A DNA stretch of 54,088 nucleotides from Minisyncoccota bacterium (GCA_018062505.1 JAGOSA010000001.1:35434-89521), one strand, 5' to 3'; counted from the first letter of the stretch, positions 17,565 through 27,109 are shown. A program made the numbers and translations. Notes: generated from the sequence alone by a model not told the origin.

Positions 17565-17735
17565 TTACATCATCGACTTCAATCCGCGCTTAACTTCGTC
17601 GATCTTTTTTTCTTTGAGTTTGAGGCTGAAGAGCTGCATGAGATGCATTTTTTTCTGCCGAAGAACATCAAGTTTTTGATTGAAAGTTTCTTGCAGTGCA
17701 GCGAGCTTTTCGGCTGTTTTCCCTTCGGCGTTCAT
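17565..17735 (-). CDS. small coiled-coil protein (56 aa), upstream partner of the 1096-aa gene
   Basis: Below the ORF-track cutoff. Translation is MNAEGKTAEKLAALQETFNQKLDVLRQKKMHLMQLFSLKLKEKKIDEVKRGLKSMM. Its stop lies 1 nt before the ATG of the large gene. Confidence 0.4.
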   Translation of the reverse strand: MNAEGKTAEKLAALQETFNQKLDVLRQKKMHLMQLFSLKLKEKKIDEVKRGLKSMM

Positions 17736-17868
17736 AGACAAATAGTACCATTCAGGACGTGCGGCTACCAGCAGATATTTTTGGAGTTAAAATCTTTCTC
17801 AATTATTCCTAAAGACCAATCCACAACCTGAGTCCCGCAATTTTATATGGAGCATATAATGCCTGCAT

Positions 17869-18537
17869 ATGAGAGTATTAATTATTGAAGATGACCCAGA
17901 AATATTAGTAATGCTGACGTCGTACTTGGAAACTGCCTGCTTTGCGGTTGATGCTTGTAGCGACGGCGCGCAAGGCTCGTTCTTGGCGAGGACCAACGAC
18001 TACGACATCGTCATTTTGGACTACATGCTACCAAACAAAGACGGCTTGCGCATTTGCCACGAAGTTCGCGAAGCTGGCAAAACAATGCCTCTTCTCATGG
18101 TTACGGTGCGAAGCCAGATTTCGGATAAAGTCGAACTTTTGAATAAAGGCGTTGATGACTACGTAACGAAGCCATTTTCATTCGAAGAAATTATTGCGCG
18201 TATTAATGCTTTGCTTCGGAGGCCAAAAGCGATTGATGCTCCTGTAATGAATGTCGGCAGCATTACGATCGACGCCGCGAAGCAGCGTGTCCTCAAGGGC
18301 AATAAAGAAATTTACCTGACGCGCAAAGAGTATTCCCTGCTTGAGTATTTGGCACGCAATGAAGGGCATGTTGTTTCGAGAGGGACAATAATGGAACATG
18401 TCTGGAATATGGAAAGCGATCCGTTTTCAAATACAATCGAGGCGCACATCTTCAATCTGCGCAAAAAGATTCGCCGCGGCAAGAATGATTTGATACGCAC
18501 TGTCCCAGGCCGCGGCTATATGCTGAGCGGGAAATAG
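17869..18537 (+). CDS. OmpR/PhoB-family response regulator
   Basis: REC motifs are IIEDD, VILDYMLPNKDG and VTKPF. The C-terminal winged helix reads LTRKEYSLLEYL...RTVPGRGYML. Confidence 0.9.
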   Translation: MRVLIIEDDPEILVMLTSYLETACFAVDACSDGAQGSFLARTNDYDIVILDYMLPNKDGLRICHEVREAGKTMPLLMVTVRSQISDKVELLNKGVDDYVTKPFSFEEIIARINALLRRPKAIDAPVMNVGSITIDAAKQRVLKGNKEIYLTRKEYSLLEYLARNEGHVVSRGTIMEHVWNMESDPFSNTIEAHIFNLRKKIRRGKNDLIRTVPGRGYMLSGK

Positions 18538-18788
18538 TGATGGGATTAGCACGTGAAGTTCACTTTATAAAAAATTTATCAGGGCTTCATGTCGCCCTGC
18601 CATACTGTTTGGGCAATCCAGACGGTCGAATGGATTTGCTTTATCAAAAGTTATATCATATCCATATGTCACATATCATCGAAAAAATCCTCAATGACGA
18701 AACCATGCGCACCAAATCCGACGTCACCAAACTATCGCTGAATGAGGGAGAGTTTGAGCCGTGGTGGAGCTAACTAAATAAAGAAATA

Positions 18789-20273
18789 ATGAAAACTCTT
18801 CTCATGAGCACAAAATCAATGATCACTGCCTGCCAAAAGTGGTACATGAAGAGTGCTCATTATTTCTATCTACGTTTTCTGAAACCAAAGTCTATAAATG
18901 AGGATGAAAAAAGAAGTGAAGGTATTCTTACTCTTCTATTATTTATTGCCTTAATAATCAATGCATTTTTCGAAATAGTTCTTATTTTCCTGCACCTCAG
19001 CGTTAATAACTATGAAGGAATACCGTTAACTGTATTCTCATTAATATTTGCGTTCTTTATTTTACTATTTATAGCCGCCAGAAAGGGTTACCATTTATTT
19101 GCTGGCTATTGTTTTGTATTTCTAATTCTTGCTTCAACAATTTACGGCAGTTATATGTGGGGAGCAAGTTTGCCAATGGGACTACTTTCATATGGACTAG
19201 TGGTGACTATTGCGAGCATAGTAATTAATAGTAGATTTGGTTTTATTATTGCCCTGATAGCTTGTTCGTCAATTGTAATAACTGGACTACATGAGCACTC
19301 TAGTCAAATTATTCCAGAATGGAAACAGGCGGCTATAGAAAAACGCGACGTTATAAGCTACGGCATCATGATCGGTCTCACCGCCCTACTCTCTCGGCTA
19401 TCAAACAAAGAAATGGAAAAATCACTTAAACGCGCGAGGACATCCGAGCAGGCACTCAAAGAAGAGCGAGACAATCTCGAAATCACGGTTCAAGAAAGGA
19501 CTAGGGCGCTCCGCGAATCAGAGCGGGAGCGCATGCGCGAACTGTATCGCTTTGCTGAATTCGGCAAGCTCTCCGGCGGCATCTTCCATGACTTGCTCAA
19601 CCCGCTGACTGCCGTTTCGCTCTCTGTCGAAAAACTTTCAGCAGACAGCAGCATCAAAACCAGCAGCAGCGAAGAAGCTGTTCGTTCGCTCAAGACCGCA
19701 GTTAGCGCAACCAAGAAAATGGAGCAATTTATGGCCACTGTAAAAAAGCAGATTCAGTCCAACGACATGCGCGGCGCATTCTCTCTCAATGAAGAAATCG
19801 AAGACGCAATCGAACTCATCAAGCACAAGGCCATAAAAACCAATACCTCGATCATTTTTGATTCCGCCGCTTCGCACCAAACATACGGCAATCCCCTCAA
19901 ATTAAACCAAGTCATCACAAATCTTCTTATTAATGCAATCGACGCAGGAGCCACAGAAATTATTGTTAGCCTTTCTGCTTCGCCACAACTAGAAAATAAA
20001 ATCGTCTGCATAATCAAAGACAATGGCAGCGGCATGCCGCCCGACATCTCCAAAAACATTTTCACGCCATTCTATACAACAAAAGAAAAAGGCATTGGCC
20101 TTGGGCTTTCAACAACGAAGGACATTGTCGAAGAGCACTTTGGCGGATCGATTGACTGCCAAAGCTCTACAGGGAACCAAAACGACAGCGGCACCAGTTT
20201 TACTATTATTCTTTCATCACATGATTTCAATTCTCCATCCGTTAACAGAATCGAAGAAACAGAAAATAGCTGA
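18789..20273 (+). CDS. membrane sensor histidine kinase
   Basis: Multiple N-terminal TM helices. The H-box is FHDLLNPLTAV. The ATPase boxes are NLLINAIDAG, DNGSGMPPD and GIGLGLSTTKDIV. Confidence 0.85.
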   Translation: MKTLLMSTKSMITACQKWYMKSAHYFYLRFLKPKSINEDEKRSEGILTLLLFIALIINAFFEIVLIFLHLSVNNYEGIPLTVFSLIFAFFILLFIAARKGYHLFAGYCFVFLILASTIYGSYMWGASLPMGLLSYGLVVTIASIVINSRFGFIIALIACSSIVITGLHEHSSQIIPEWKQAAIEKRDVISYGIMIGLTALLSRLSNKEMEKSLKRARTSEQALKEERDNLEITVQERTRALRESERERMRELYRFAEFGKLSGGIFHDLLNPLTAVSLSVEKLSADSSIKTSSSEEAVRSLKTAVSATKKMEQFMATVKKQIQSNDMRGAFSLNEEIEDAIELIKHKAIKTNTSIIFDSAASHQTYGNPLKLNQVITNLLINAIDAGATEIIVSLSASPQLENKIVCIIKDNGSGMPPDISKNIFTPFYTTKEKGIGLGLSTTKDIVEEHFGGSIDCQSSTGNQNDSGTSFTIILSSHDFNSPSVNRIEETENS

Positions 20274-22212
20274 GAGCATTAAAAACGCTTGGCTTTTCTT
20301 GGTGGAAAATCAGCAACGAAATGGCAAGTTTGCAGGTATTGCCTTTGCCGACTCAGTCGCTGGAGCACCGGCAAAAGAAGCTTCATCGCCAACTCCTTTT
20401 ACGACTTCTGTTATTCTGAGCTCACTCAGAAACCTCAATGGCTCTGACTTTGTAGACCAAGAGCAGCTGGCAGCGCTCGCGAGCAAAGCCGCAAACTATC
20501 TCCTCAGCCAAAAAGACGAAACGCTTTTTGCGTGGAACTACTGGGAAACAGGCAATGACAAAAGGCGTACCCTGCCTCCAGATATGGACGACACAGCACT
20601 TGCCGTTGCATCGCTGCAGCTCTGGCAGCCAGAATCCTTGGACGGAGAGGCTTTGGCAAACCTAGTCCATGCATTGCTTATGGCCGAAATATCGGCCGGC
20701 GGCCCGTACAATACTTGGCTGAACGATTTCAAAAAACACGACGTATGGGCAGACTGCGACATTGGCGTCAATGCAAACATTGCTTTTATGTCTTCACTAC
20801 TCGGCATTACGCTCAAGAATCTCAATCAATACTTTGAGGAAGCAGTACTGTCAGGCAAGCTTTCATCGGCATATTACCTCTCTCCACTCGTGCTCTTATA
20901 TTTTATTTCTCGCGGCTACGGTGGCGACAAAAAGGAACTGTTCGTTGAAGCAATTGAAAAAGAACGAATAGCAGACGGCACGTGGGGCTCTCCCATGCAT
21001 ACTGCCCTCGCGCTTTCTTCCCTTCACAATTTTGGGAAAAATATTACGGGCGAAAATGAAGCGATCGATTATATCGTCGAGGCGCAGCAGAGCGGCCGCT
21101 GGGAAAAAGAAATATTCTACCTCGAGCGCAGAAATCCAGAAGATCGCTGGTATCACGGATCAGAAAGTATATCGACTGCACTTTGCATTGAAGCTTTATC
21201 TCTATTGTTAGTGTCGGCGAAAAAAGAAATTAAGCCGAGCCAGACTGCCCAAACAGAACCAAAACATTTTCAAGCTGAGGCAGACAGCATCGCCGAAGAA
21301 TTCGCTAATCGTGCTTCGGCTATTTCAGAAGAATATAAAATACTCGCAGAAAAATGGATCGCCAAGATGTTTGCGCATGACTGGATTCGAGACAGCATTC
21401 TGTTTCCTTTTTTCTTGAACCACAACCTTATCTCTACGCAAGCAAATACAGAGAAAGAAGTAGCACAGCAAGAGCTATCCGCTCTGTCTTTAGCAAATCT
21501 CTTCGGCTGGATCGGCTACACAATCATGGACGATATCATGGACGAGGATGCGCCAGCTAGCATGATCCCCTTCGCAAACTTTTGCCTGCGCGAAATGAAT
21601 ATGCTGTTTGCAGAAAACCTTAGTGCCGAAAACATGCGAACTGCAAAAGAGCTGCTGAACGAAATAGACAAAGCATACAGTTTTGAGCAATCCCAAAGAG
21701 CCAAGGCAACCAAAGACGCTTTCCGAATCCCATTCCCACCGCAAGATAATCAACAAACAGAATTTCAACTGATGCCTAAATCCATCGGTATAGCTATAGG
21801 TGGTCTTAGCCTTTTTAACAATAGCGAAGCTTTAATCAACTTCTTCAGGTACTTTCTGCGTGCGAAGCAAAATAGCGATGACGCCGAAGACCTGATAGAC
21901 GATCTCGCACGCGGCCATATTACGCCAGCAGCTTCTCGGGTACTAGCCGCCTTCCGCGCAAAATACCCACGCCGAGAAATGTATTCAATTTCAGTAGATA
22001 GAGATTTGCTGCTGTCGATTTTTTGGAATGAAACCTACCCGCTGCTTTTCCAAGAAATGAACGAGGACCTCAGCAAAGCAGCAATAGCCATCGCTGAACT
22101 ACCACTTCGTGAAGACAACTACTTCATGAGGCTAACAAATAAACTACAAACAGCAATCCGCCGAACAAATGATGAACGGCGGAAAGTGCAAGATTTTTTG
22201 AGCGAGTACTAA
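20221..22212 (+). CDS. fusion of prenyltransferase/terpene-cyclase-like alpha-alpha barrel (DxDDTA) with class I isoprenoid-synthase-like domain (DDxxD)
   Basis: LPPDMDDTALAV (20581-20592 encodes DMDD), plus QW-like GTWGS and QSGRWEKE. The C-terminal half has YTIMDDIMDED (21529-21549) and RAKQNSDDAEDLIDD (21871-21903). The start is uncertain: ATG 20221 overlaps the kinase gene by 53 nt. Confidence 0.5.
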   Translation: MISILHPLTESKKQKIAESIKNAWLFLVENQQRNGKFAGIAFADSVAGAPAKEASSPTPFTTSVILSSLRNLNGSDFVDQEQLAALASKAANYLLSQKDETLFAWNYWETGNDKRRTLPPDMDDTALAVASLQLWQPESLDGEALANLVHALLMAEISAGGPYNTWLNDFKKHDVWADCDIGVNANIAFMSSLLGITLKNLNQYFEEAVLSGKLSSAYYLSPLVLLYFISRGYGGDKKELFVEAIEKERIADGTWGSPMHTALALSSLHNFGKNITGENEAIDYIVEAQQSGRWEKEIFYLERRNPEDRWYHGSESISTALCIEALSLLLVSAKKEIKPSQTAQTEPKHFQAEADSIAEEFANRASAISEEYKILAEKWIAKMFAHDWIRDSILFPFFLNHNLISTQANTEKEVAQQELSALSLANLFGWIGYTIMDDIMDEDAPASMIPFANFCLREMNMLFAENLSAENMRTAKELLNEIDKAYSFEQSQRAKATKDAFRIPFPPQDNQQTEFQLMPKSIGIAIGGLSLFNNSEALINFFRYFLRAKQNSDDAEDLIDDLARGHITPAASRVLAAFRAKYPRREMYSISVDRDLLLSIFWNETYPLLFQEMNEDLSKAAIAIAELPLREDNYFMRLTNKLQTAIRRTNDERRKVQDFLSEY

Positions 22213-22231
22213 CTGAGCAGATGCGCTGTGG

Positions 22232-25200
22232 CTACGGGTTGAGCAAAATGTACTTCTTCGTACTTGGCCCGAAAATACCTGTTCCCTTCTTTAAACCCAC
22301 AGGAATAAGGATTTCTTTAGCGTGGGCATCTTGGAATTTGACGAGGGCAGCCTTGGTTGCTGGACCAAAGTAGTTAGTTTCCTTGCCTACAGAACCAGCA
22401 CCTGTTTTTGCTACGGCAAAACCGTGTGCATTCAAGTATTTCTGAAGCTCAAGAATAGACTTAGCTGTCATGCCTGTTTTGAGGTTTCTGGTTTCGGCAA
22501 AGAGAGCTGGGTATGTTTTGGAAAAATCTGCCGCTCCACTTGTTGGAGTTTCTGGATCTGGATTTGTAACCGGCGGAACAATTGGTGGAACAATAGGCGG
22601 CACGATTGGAGCATTTGGATCTATCGGAATAGGAATTGGAATAGAATAACCCCAACTCCCCCCTCCGCCTCCACCACCACCTTCTTCAACAGGAATCGTC
22701 TCGAGCAAACCGGTTGTCGTATCCAAAATCGAAACCAAATTGTCTTGGAAACGCGTAACGTAAATGTCAGTACCGTATACACCCATGCCAGCCGGAGAGT
22801 GGCCGACGACGACAGTGCTATCGACAGTATTGTCGCTCGAATCAATTATCGAAATAGTGCCATCATCAAAATTTTCAATGTAGATTTTTGTGCCGACGAC
22901 AGCCATACCACGCGGACCATTGCCGACATCGATTGTCTCAGTGACTCTGTTTGTCGCCGTATCAATAACAGAAACATTGTGCGATCTGTAGTTTGCCACA
23001 TAAACAATATCGTCAAGTACGATGACGCCACGAGGACCTTCTGAATCTCCGGGCAATAAAATCGTATCGGAAATTGTATTATCTGTAGAATCAATAACCG
23101 TGATCGAGTTGCCGCCTGAATAATTTTGATCGCCGAAGTTCGCGACATAGAGATCAGTGCCGTGCGCCTTAATACCACGAGGATATGCGCCGACAGGAAT
23201 AGTTGCAGTGACTGTATTATTTGTTGCATCAATAACTGAGACAGTATTCGATGCGCCGTTTGTGACATAGACTTCTGTGCCGATAGTCGTCACGTAGTAC
23301 GGACGCAAGCCAACAGAAACAGTCGTCGCAACAGTGTTGGTACTTGTATCAATTACCGAAACAGTATCAGAACCGGTGTTTGCAACGTACATATATATTG
23401 TTCCGGAAACAGTTGCAGCAGAAAGGCCATACGGTTCGTCGCCGACATCAATAGTGTCGATTACGGTATTATCTGAAAGACGAAGAACCGAAACAGTGCC
23501 GTCGCCTTGGTTGGCAATATATGAATAGTCGACAGCATCAACGGTTACTGCCGCAGACGCCTGGTATGGATTGTCCCCTACTTCAATTTCTACATAGCCG
23601 CCGATAACAATATTTTTTGAGTCGCCGATATTTCTTGTGATAAATGAATTCTCAGCGACAAATGAACCTTGTGATGAAGGAATGTCGTACGCAGTTTGTG
23701 TAATCGTATTTGCAAAATCAGTAACCGATGCGCTTGTAACCGACGAAACAGCAAGGTCCGGTGTGCGATGCCCGGAGCCAACTGTGTACGTTCCCGAAAG
23801 CGTTGAGCCGGAAACGTTTGAAAGTGTCGCTGAACCGCCGGAATTGAGCGCGACCGTCATTGTTGAGCCGGGTTTTATATTTCGATCAAACGTTGCGGTG
23901 ATGTTTATTGTTTGGCCTGTAGTGTATGTACCGGAGGCTGCAGTAGAAGTAAAAGATAGAAGTGCTGGAATCGCATGCGGGAGCTGCGAACTATCTAAGA
24001 CAAGCATTCTGTTATCGATCGAAATGTATACCTTGTCCCCAACAACTGCGGCATAGCCTGCACTCACACTATCTGTGTCAACAGAAGCAACAATAGCATC
24101 AGTCTCAGTATCGACAATATCGACAGCCCCGCCAGTGCTTCGCATAACGTAGAGGTATTTACCTAAAACAACCATATGAACTGGCTCATTTGAACTTGGT
24201 ATTGTTTCGACAACGGTATCTGTGGATGTATCGATAGCACTTATTGTTCCCGAGCTAGCTCCTGTCGAATAGACTTTTGTGCCGACTGCCACGATGGCAT
24301 ATGGGGTTGCTCCAACTGGTATAGTGTCTATCTCCGTATTGGTAACTGTATCAATAACGGTCACTTGATTTTGATTGTTATTGTTAGCAACGTACAATTT
24401 TGAACCGACAGCAACACTGTAATAAGGAGAACCAATCGACGTAATTGTATCCACAACAGTTTCGCTAATCGTATCGATGACACTAATAGTATGTGAGCTA
24501 TTGTTATTGACGTAGAGCATCGTGCCAACCTGAGTAAATCCAGCGGGGTTATTCCCGACTGTTAGTGTTGTCGTAACTGTGTCAGAATTTGTATCAATAA
24601 TAGAAACGGTATTTTCGCCATAGTTACCAACATAGACCTTTTGTCCAACAACATGAATGAGCGATGGCGACACACCGACAGTGACTACTTCAACCTGTGC
24701 ATATGTATCAATGTCAAAAACTTCAATACTACCCTCCTCTACTACATACAGTTTTTTCTCGGCAATAATGAGATTGTATCCTGTACTTGCCAATGAAATT
24801 GTAGTGAGTACAGCGTCACTCGCAGTATCAATGACAGTAACCTTACCGTCAGAACTAGACTCATTAGCAGTTAAGACAAAAAGCTTGGTGCCGTAGCTTC
24901 TCGAAAAAGTTGGACTATAGCCAGCAGTCACCGGCACCGCATACTCAACTGGTAGTTCAACAATAGCCGCCTGTTCCTGCAATCCAATCAGTGATTTTAG
25001 TGTGGTTGCGCCTGGTGTGTATGAAAAAACAATAGCATCGCCGGGATCCAAAGCAACATTTGGCTGTACAGACAACGTCACGCCATTTATGGCAACACTT
25101 GAGACAGAAACATCTTCACCGTTTACGTTTATCGCAAAATCGCCAACACTCGGAACGGATGAAGTATCCAGATTGTGGCGATACTCAATGTATATTTTTT

Positions 25201-25735
25201 GAGTGTCCGCATACGCTCGGTATTTTTTTGTATAAATATAGCTTCCACTATTTTCTACGGTAAAAGTAGTTCCACTGTCATACGTTGCTTCCGTGATATC
25301 AAGCTCGACAGCGTCGGCAACAACTATCCATGGGTCGTCTGTCGTAAAATTAAAGTTTGTCGTTGTTTCGTTTTGATAGACAATAGATTTTGTACCTTGA
25401 ATAGTTCCTATGTTGTCACTACCAGGGCCATTGTCATAATACGTTGCATTGCCGGTAACAGTTCCCTCGTTTCCGCCAGAACCATAGAAACGAGCATCGC
25501 CGTCGAATGTTGCGCTGGGAAGAATATGAAGTTCGTCTAGATTGTCGTAGTCAGGCAACGTTAGTGCTGGGTCAGTTGCGTCGGAATCAAGCCAGTAGTT
25601 GCCGAGTTCAGATGGAGACTGGTTCACGGCATTGTTGAAATAGTACGAAACCGGTTCGACAGAATACGCCTTGTTTGCAACAAGCGCTAATACAAATATT
25701 CCGACGATCGCACCGATTTTTAATAACCTTTTCAT
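22232..25735 (-). CDS. large surface protein with YVTN-type beta-propeller repeats and C-terminal peptidoglycan-binding domain
   Basis: N-terminal signal/anchor LLKIGAIVGIFVLALVANKAYS. Many ~40-aa units follow the pattern YV(A/T)N..S.TVSVIDT.TNTV..TI.VG..P. A G8 run, a (PPIV)3 linker and a PG_binding_1-like LQKYLNAHGF...GPATKAALVKFQ are also present. Confidence 0.8.
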   Translation of the reverse strand: MKRLLKIGAIVGIFVLALVANKAYSVEPVSYYFNNAVNQSPSELGNYWLDSDATDPALTLPDYDNLDELHILPSATFDGDARFYGSGGNEGTVTGNATYYDNGPGSDNIGTIQGTKSIVYQNETTTNFNFTTDDPWIVVADAVELDITEATYDSGTTFTVENSGSYIYTKKYRAYADTQKIYIEYRHNLDTSSVPSVGDFAINVNGEDVSVSSVAINGVTLSVQPNVALDPGDAIVFSYTPGATTLKSLIGLQEQAAIVELPVEYAVPVTAGYSPTFSRSYGTKLFVLTANESSSDGKVTVIDTASDAVLTTISLASTGYNLIIAEKKLYVVEEGSIEVFDIDTYAQVEVVTVGVSPSLIHVVGQKVYVGNYGENTVSIIDTNSDTVTTTLTVGNNPAGFTQVGTMLYVNNNSSHTISVIDTISETVVDTITSIGSPYYSVAVGSKLYVANNNNQNQVTVIDTVTNTEIDTIPVGATPYAIVAVGTKVYSTGASSGTISAIDTSTDTVVETIPSSNEPVHMVVLGKYLYVMRSTGGAVDIVDTETDAIVASVDTDSVSAGYAAVVGDKVYISIDNRMLVLDSSQLPHAIPALLSFTSTAASGTYTTGQTINITATFDRNIKPGSTMTVALNSGGSATLSNVSGSTLSGTYTVGSGHRTPDLAVSSVTSASVTDFANTITQTAYDIPSSQGSFVAENSFITRNIGDSKNIVIGGYVEIEVGDNPYQASAAVTVDAVDYSYIANQGDGTVSVLRLSDNTVIDTIDVGDEPYGLSAATVSGTIYMYVANTGSDTVSVIDTSTNTVATTVSVGLRPYYVTTIGTEVYVTNGASNTVSVIDATNNTVTATIPVGAYPRGIKAHGTDLYVANFGDQNYSGGNSITVIDSTDNTISDTILLPGDSEGPRGVIVLDDIVYVANYRSHNVSVIDTATNRVTETIDVGNGPRGMAVVGTKIYIENFDDGTISIIDSSDNTVDSTVVVGHSPAGMGVYGTDIYVTRFQDNLVSILDTTTGLLETIPVEEGGGGGGGGSWGYSIPIPIPIDPNAPIVPPIVPPIVPPVTNPDPETPTSGAADFSKTYPALFAETRNLKTGMTAKSILELQKYLNAHGFAVAKTGAGSVGKETNYFGPATKAALVKFQDAHAKEILIPVGLKKGTGIFGPSTKKYILLNP

Positions 25736-25774
25736 GTCAGGTTATTATACCATATGGAAATAAAGGCACATTTG

Positions 25775-25799
25775 AAAAGCCCCGCATTGCGGGGCTTTT
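25775..25799 (-). terminator. terminator after the ParB-like gene
   Basis: AAAAGCCCCGC-att-GCGGGGCTTTT perfect hairpin. Confidence 0.75.
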
Positions 25800-25822
25800 A
25801 CCTAAGAGTTGTTTAAAGCAGT

Positions 25823-26479
25823 TTAGCCATCAATACCGCAATGACCTAAATTGCGGAAGAGACCGACATTGAGGTTTACGTATCTCTCGTTGCGCGGCGG
25901 CTTTTCGCTCACAATCTTCACGTCCTTCCAGCAGCCGAACTGACATGGCGGCTCATAGACATTGCTCAGAATGATAGATTCAATAGTTGTCCCAATTGAA
26001 GCCGTAAGATAATTGCGATGCGTTCCGTCAATCAAGCATGATTGGCCGGTATGCATTTCTACCAAGGGCGGAAGATAGTGCGCAACAGCTAGATTGCCGC
26101 AGGCAGTCTTTCCGATGACAATGAGTGCCGTACATTTGGCAAAACCCCTGTTGATGTGAAATCCATTGAACAAATCGCTGACAACTTCGATAAGCCTTTG
26201 GTACTTTTGCCGCTCAACAAATGTTTGAGCAACATTGAGGTTTGTTGGATCCAAGCGGTAGTGCTGGATCTTGGCATCTTTGTAGGGCTGTATTGATGCA
26301 TCGCCTTCCAAAGTAACGTTACGGAGCAAACCTTCAAGGTATGGCTCTGGCATTATCTTCAGTTCTACGACGGTGACAATATCGCGAAGTGGAACTATTC
26401 GATCCACTTCAAAAGCGGAAATGGGCATTTTCAGCCCAGTGCGGGATTCGAATTCATCCCTGAGTATTGGATCTTTCAT
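25823..26479 (-). CDS. ParB/sulfiredoxin-fold domain protein (function unknown)
   Basis: The LIDGTHRNYLA motif (DG.HR) follows a GxxxxxxxP-type segment, as in ParB-like nuclease domains. The rest is unassigned. Confidence 0.35.
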   Translation of the reverse strand: MKDPILRDEFESRTGLKMPISAFEVDRIVPLRDIVTVVELKIMPEPYLEGLLRNVTLEGDASIQPYKDAKIQHYRLDPTNLNVAQTFVERQKYQRLIEVVSDLFNGFHINRGFAKCTALIVIGKTACGNLAVAHYLPPLVEMHTGQSCLIDGTHRNYLTASIGTTIESIILSNVYEPPCQFGCWKDVKIVSEKPPRNERYVNLNVGLFRNLGHCGIDG

Positions 26480-26539
26480 ATATGTTTGGTTTTTAGTGAG
26501 CTTTGTTGTGAAAGAGTCTACCTTTATCTAGCCCAAAGA

Positions 26540-27106
26540 TCAATTAGATAAAGTCTTTATCTTGCTGTACAGCTCTGGCCAATCATAAATACGAATAGCG
26601 GTTGAATGTTCGTCAATGTCTTCATTGTATCCCCAAGAAAAAAGAAAAAGATGTTTGACTGCAGGGGCAACAGATATGAGCTTATCCAAATCATCATCGA
26701 CAAATATTTCGATGCCGAGCTCTTGGCATGTCGGCAATTTGCTTTCTTTGCATCCGTAAAAAGGAATATCAAGATTGTTAATCGTTGCCCACTCTTTTGC
26801 AATACCAAGCTCCTCGTCTGTTGCGCGCGACGTAATAATAAAAAGGTCGTGGCCATCTGCCTGCAATTTGCGGATGAAATCTATTGCGTCAGGAACAGCT
26901 GTTGCTTGCAGTCCAAGTTCGCGCGTGCCGTATATTTTTTTCTGGAGGGTTCGGTATTGCTCTAGCGTCAGCAAGCCCTCGCCGACGACAATCTCTTTCT
27001 TGAATTTTTCTTCAGGAATAGAAACGCCGAACATTTGTTCGGCGCCAAGCTTTTTGAGCTTGCCGCAGTCTGCTATTACTCCGTCAAAATCAAGGCCGAT
27101 TTTCAT
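26540..27106 (-). CDS. HAD-superfamily 5'(3')-deoxyribonucleotidase-like phosphatase
   Basis: Motif I is IGLDFDGVIADC, motif II LFIITSR, and the late acidic motif FVDDDLDK. Confidence 0.6.
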   Translation of the reverse strand: MKIGLDFDGVIADCGKLKKLGAEQMFGVSIPEEKFKKEIVVGEGLLTLEQYRTLQKKIYGTRELGLQATAVPDAIDFIRKLQADGHDLFIITSRATDEELGIAKEWATINNLDIPFYGCKESKLPTCQELGIEIFVDDDLDKLISVAPAVKHLFLFSWGYNEDIDEHSTAIRIYDWPELYSKIKTLSN

Positions 27107-27109
27107 ACA

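Noticed and set aside
18537-18773. 78-aa ORF between response regulator and kinase
   Set aside because: It has no motif, no obvious ribosome-binding context and an odd composition. It could be a real small protein, but the sequence offers no support.
20023-20220. Upstream extension of the terpene-like ORF (729-aa version)
   Set aside because: It would overlap the histidine kinase ATPase domain by 250 nt in another frame. The first plausible start is ATG 20221, or a TTG/GTG near 20299.
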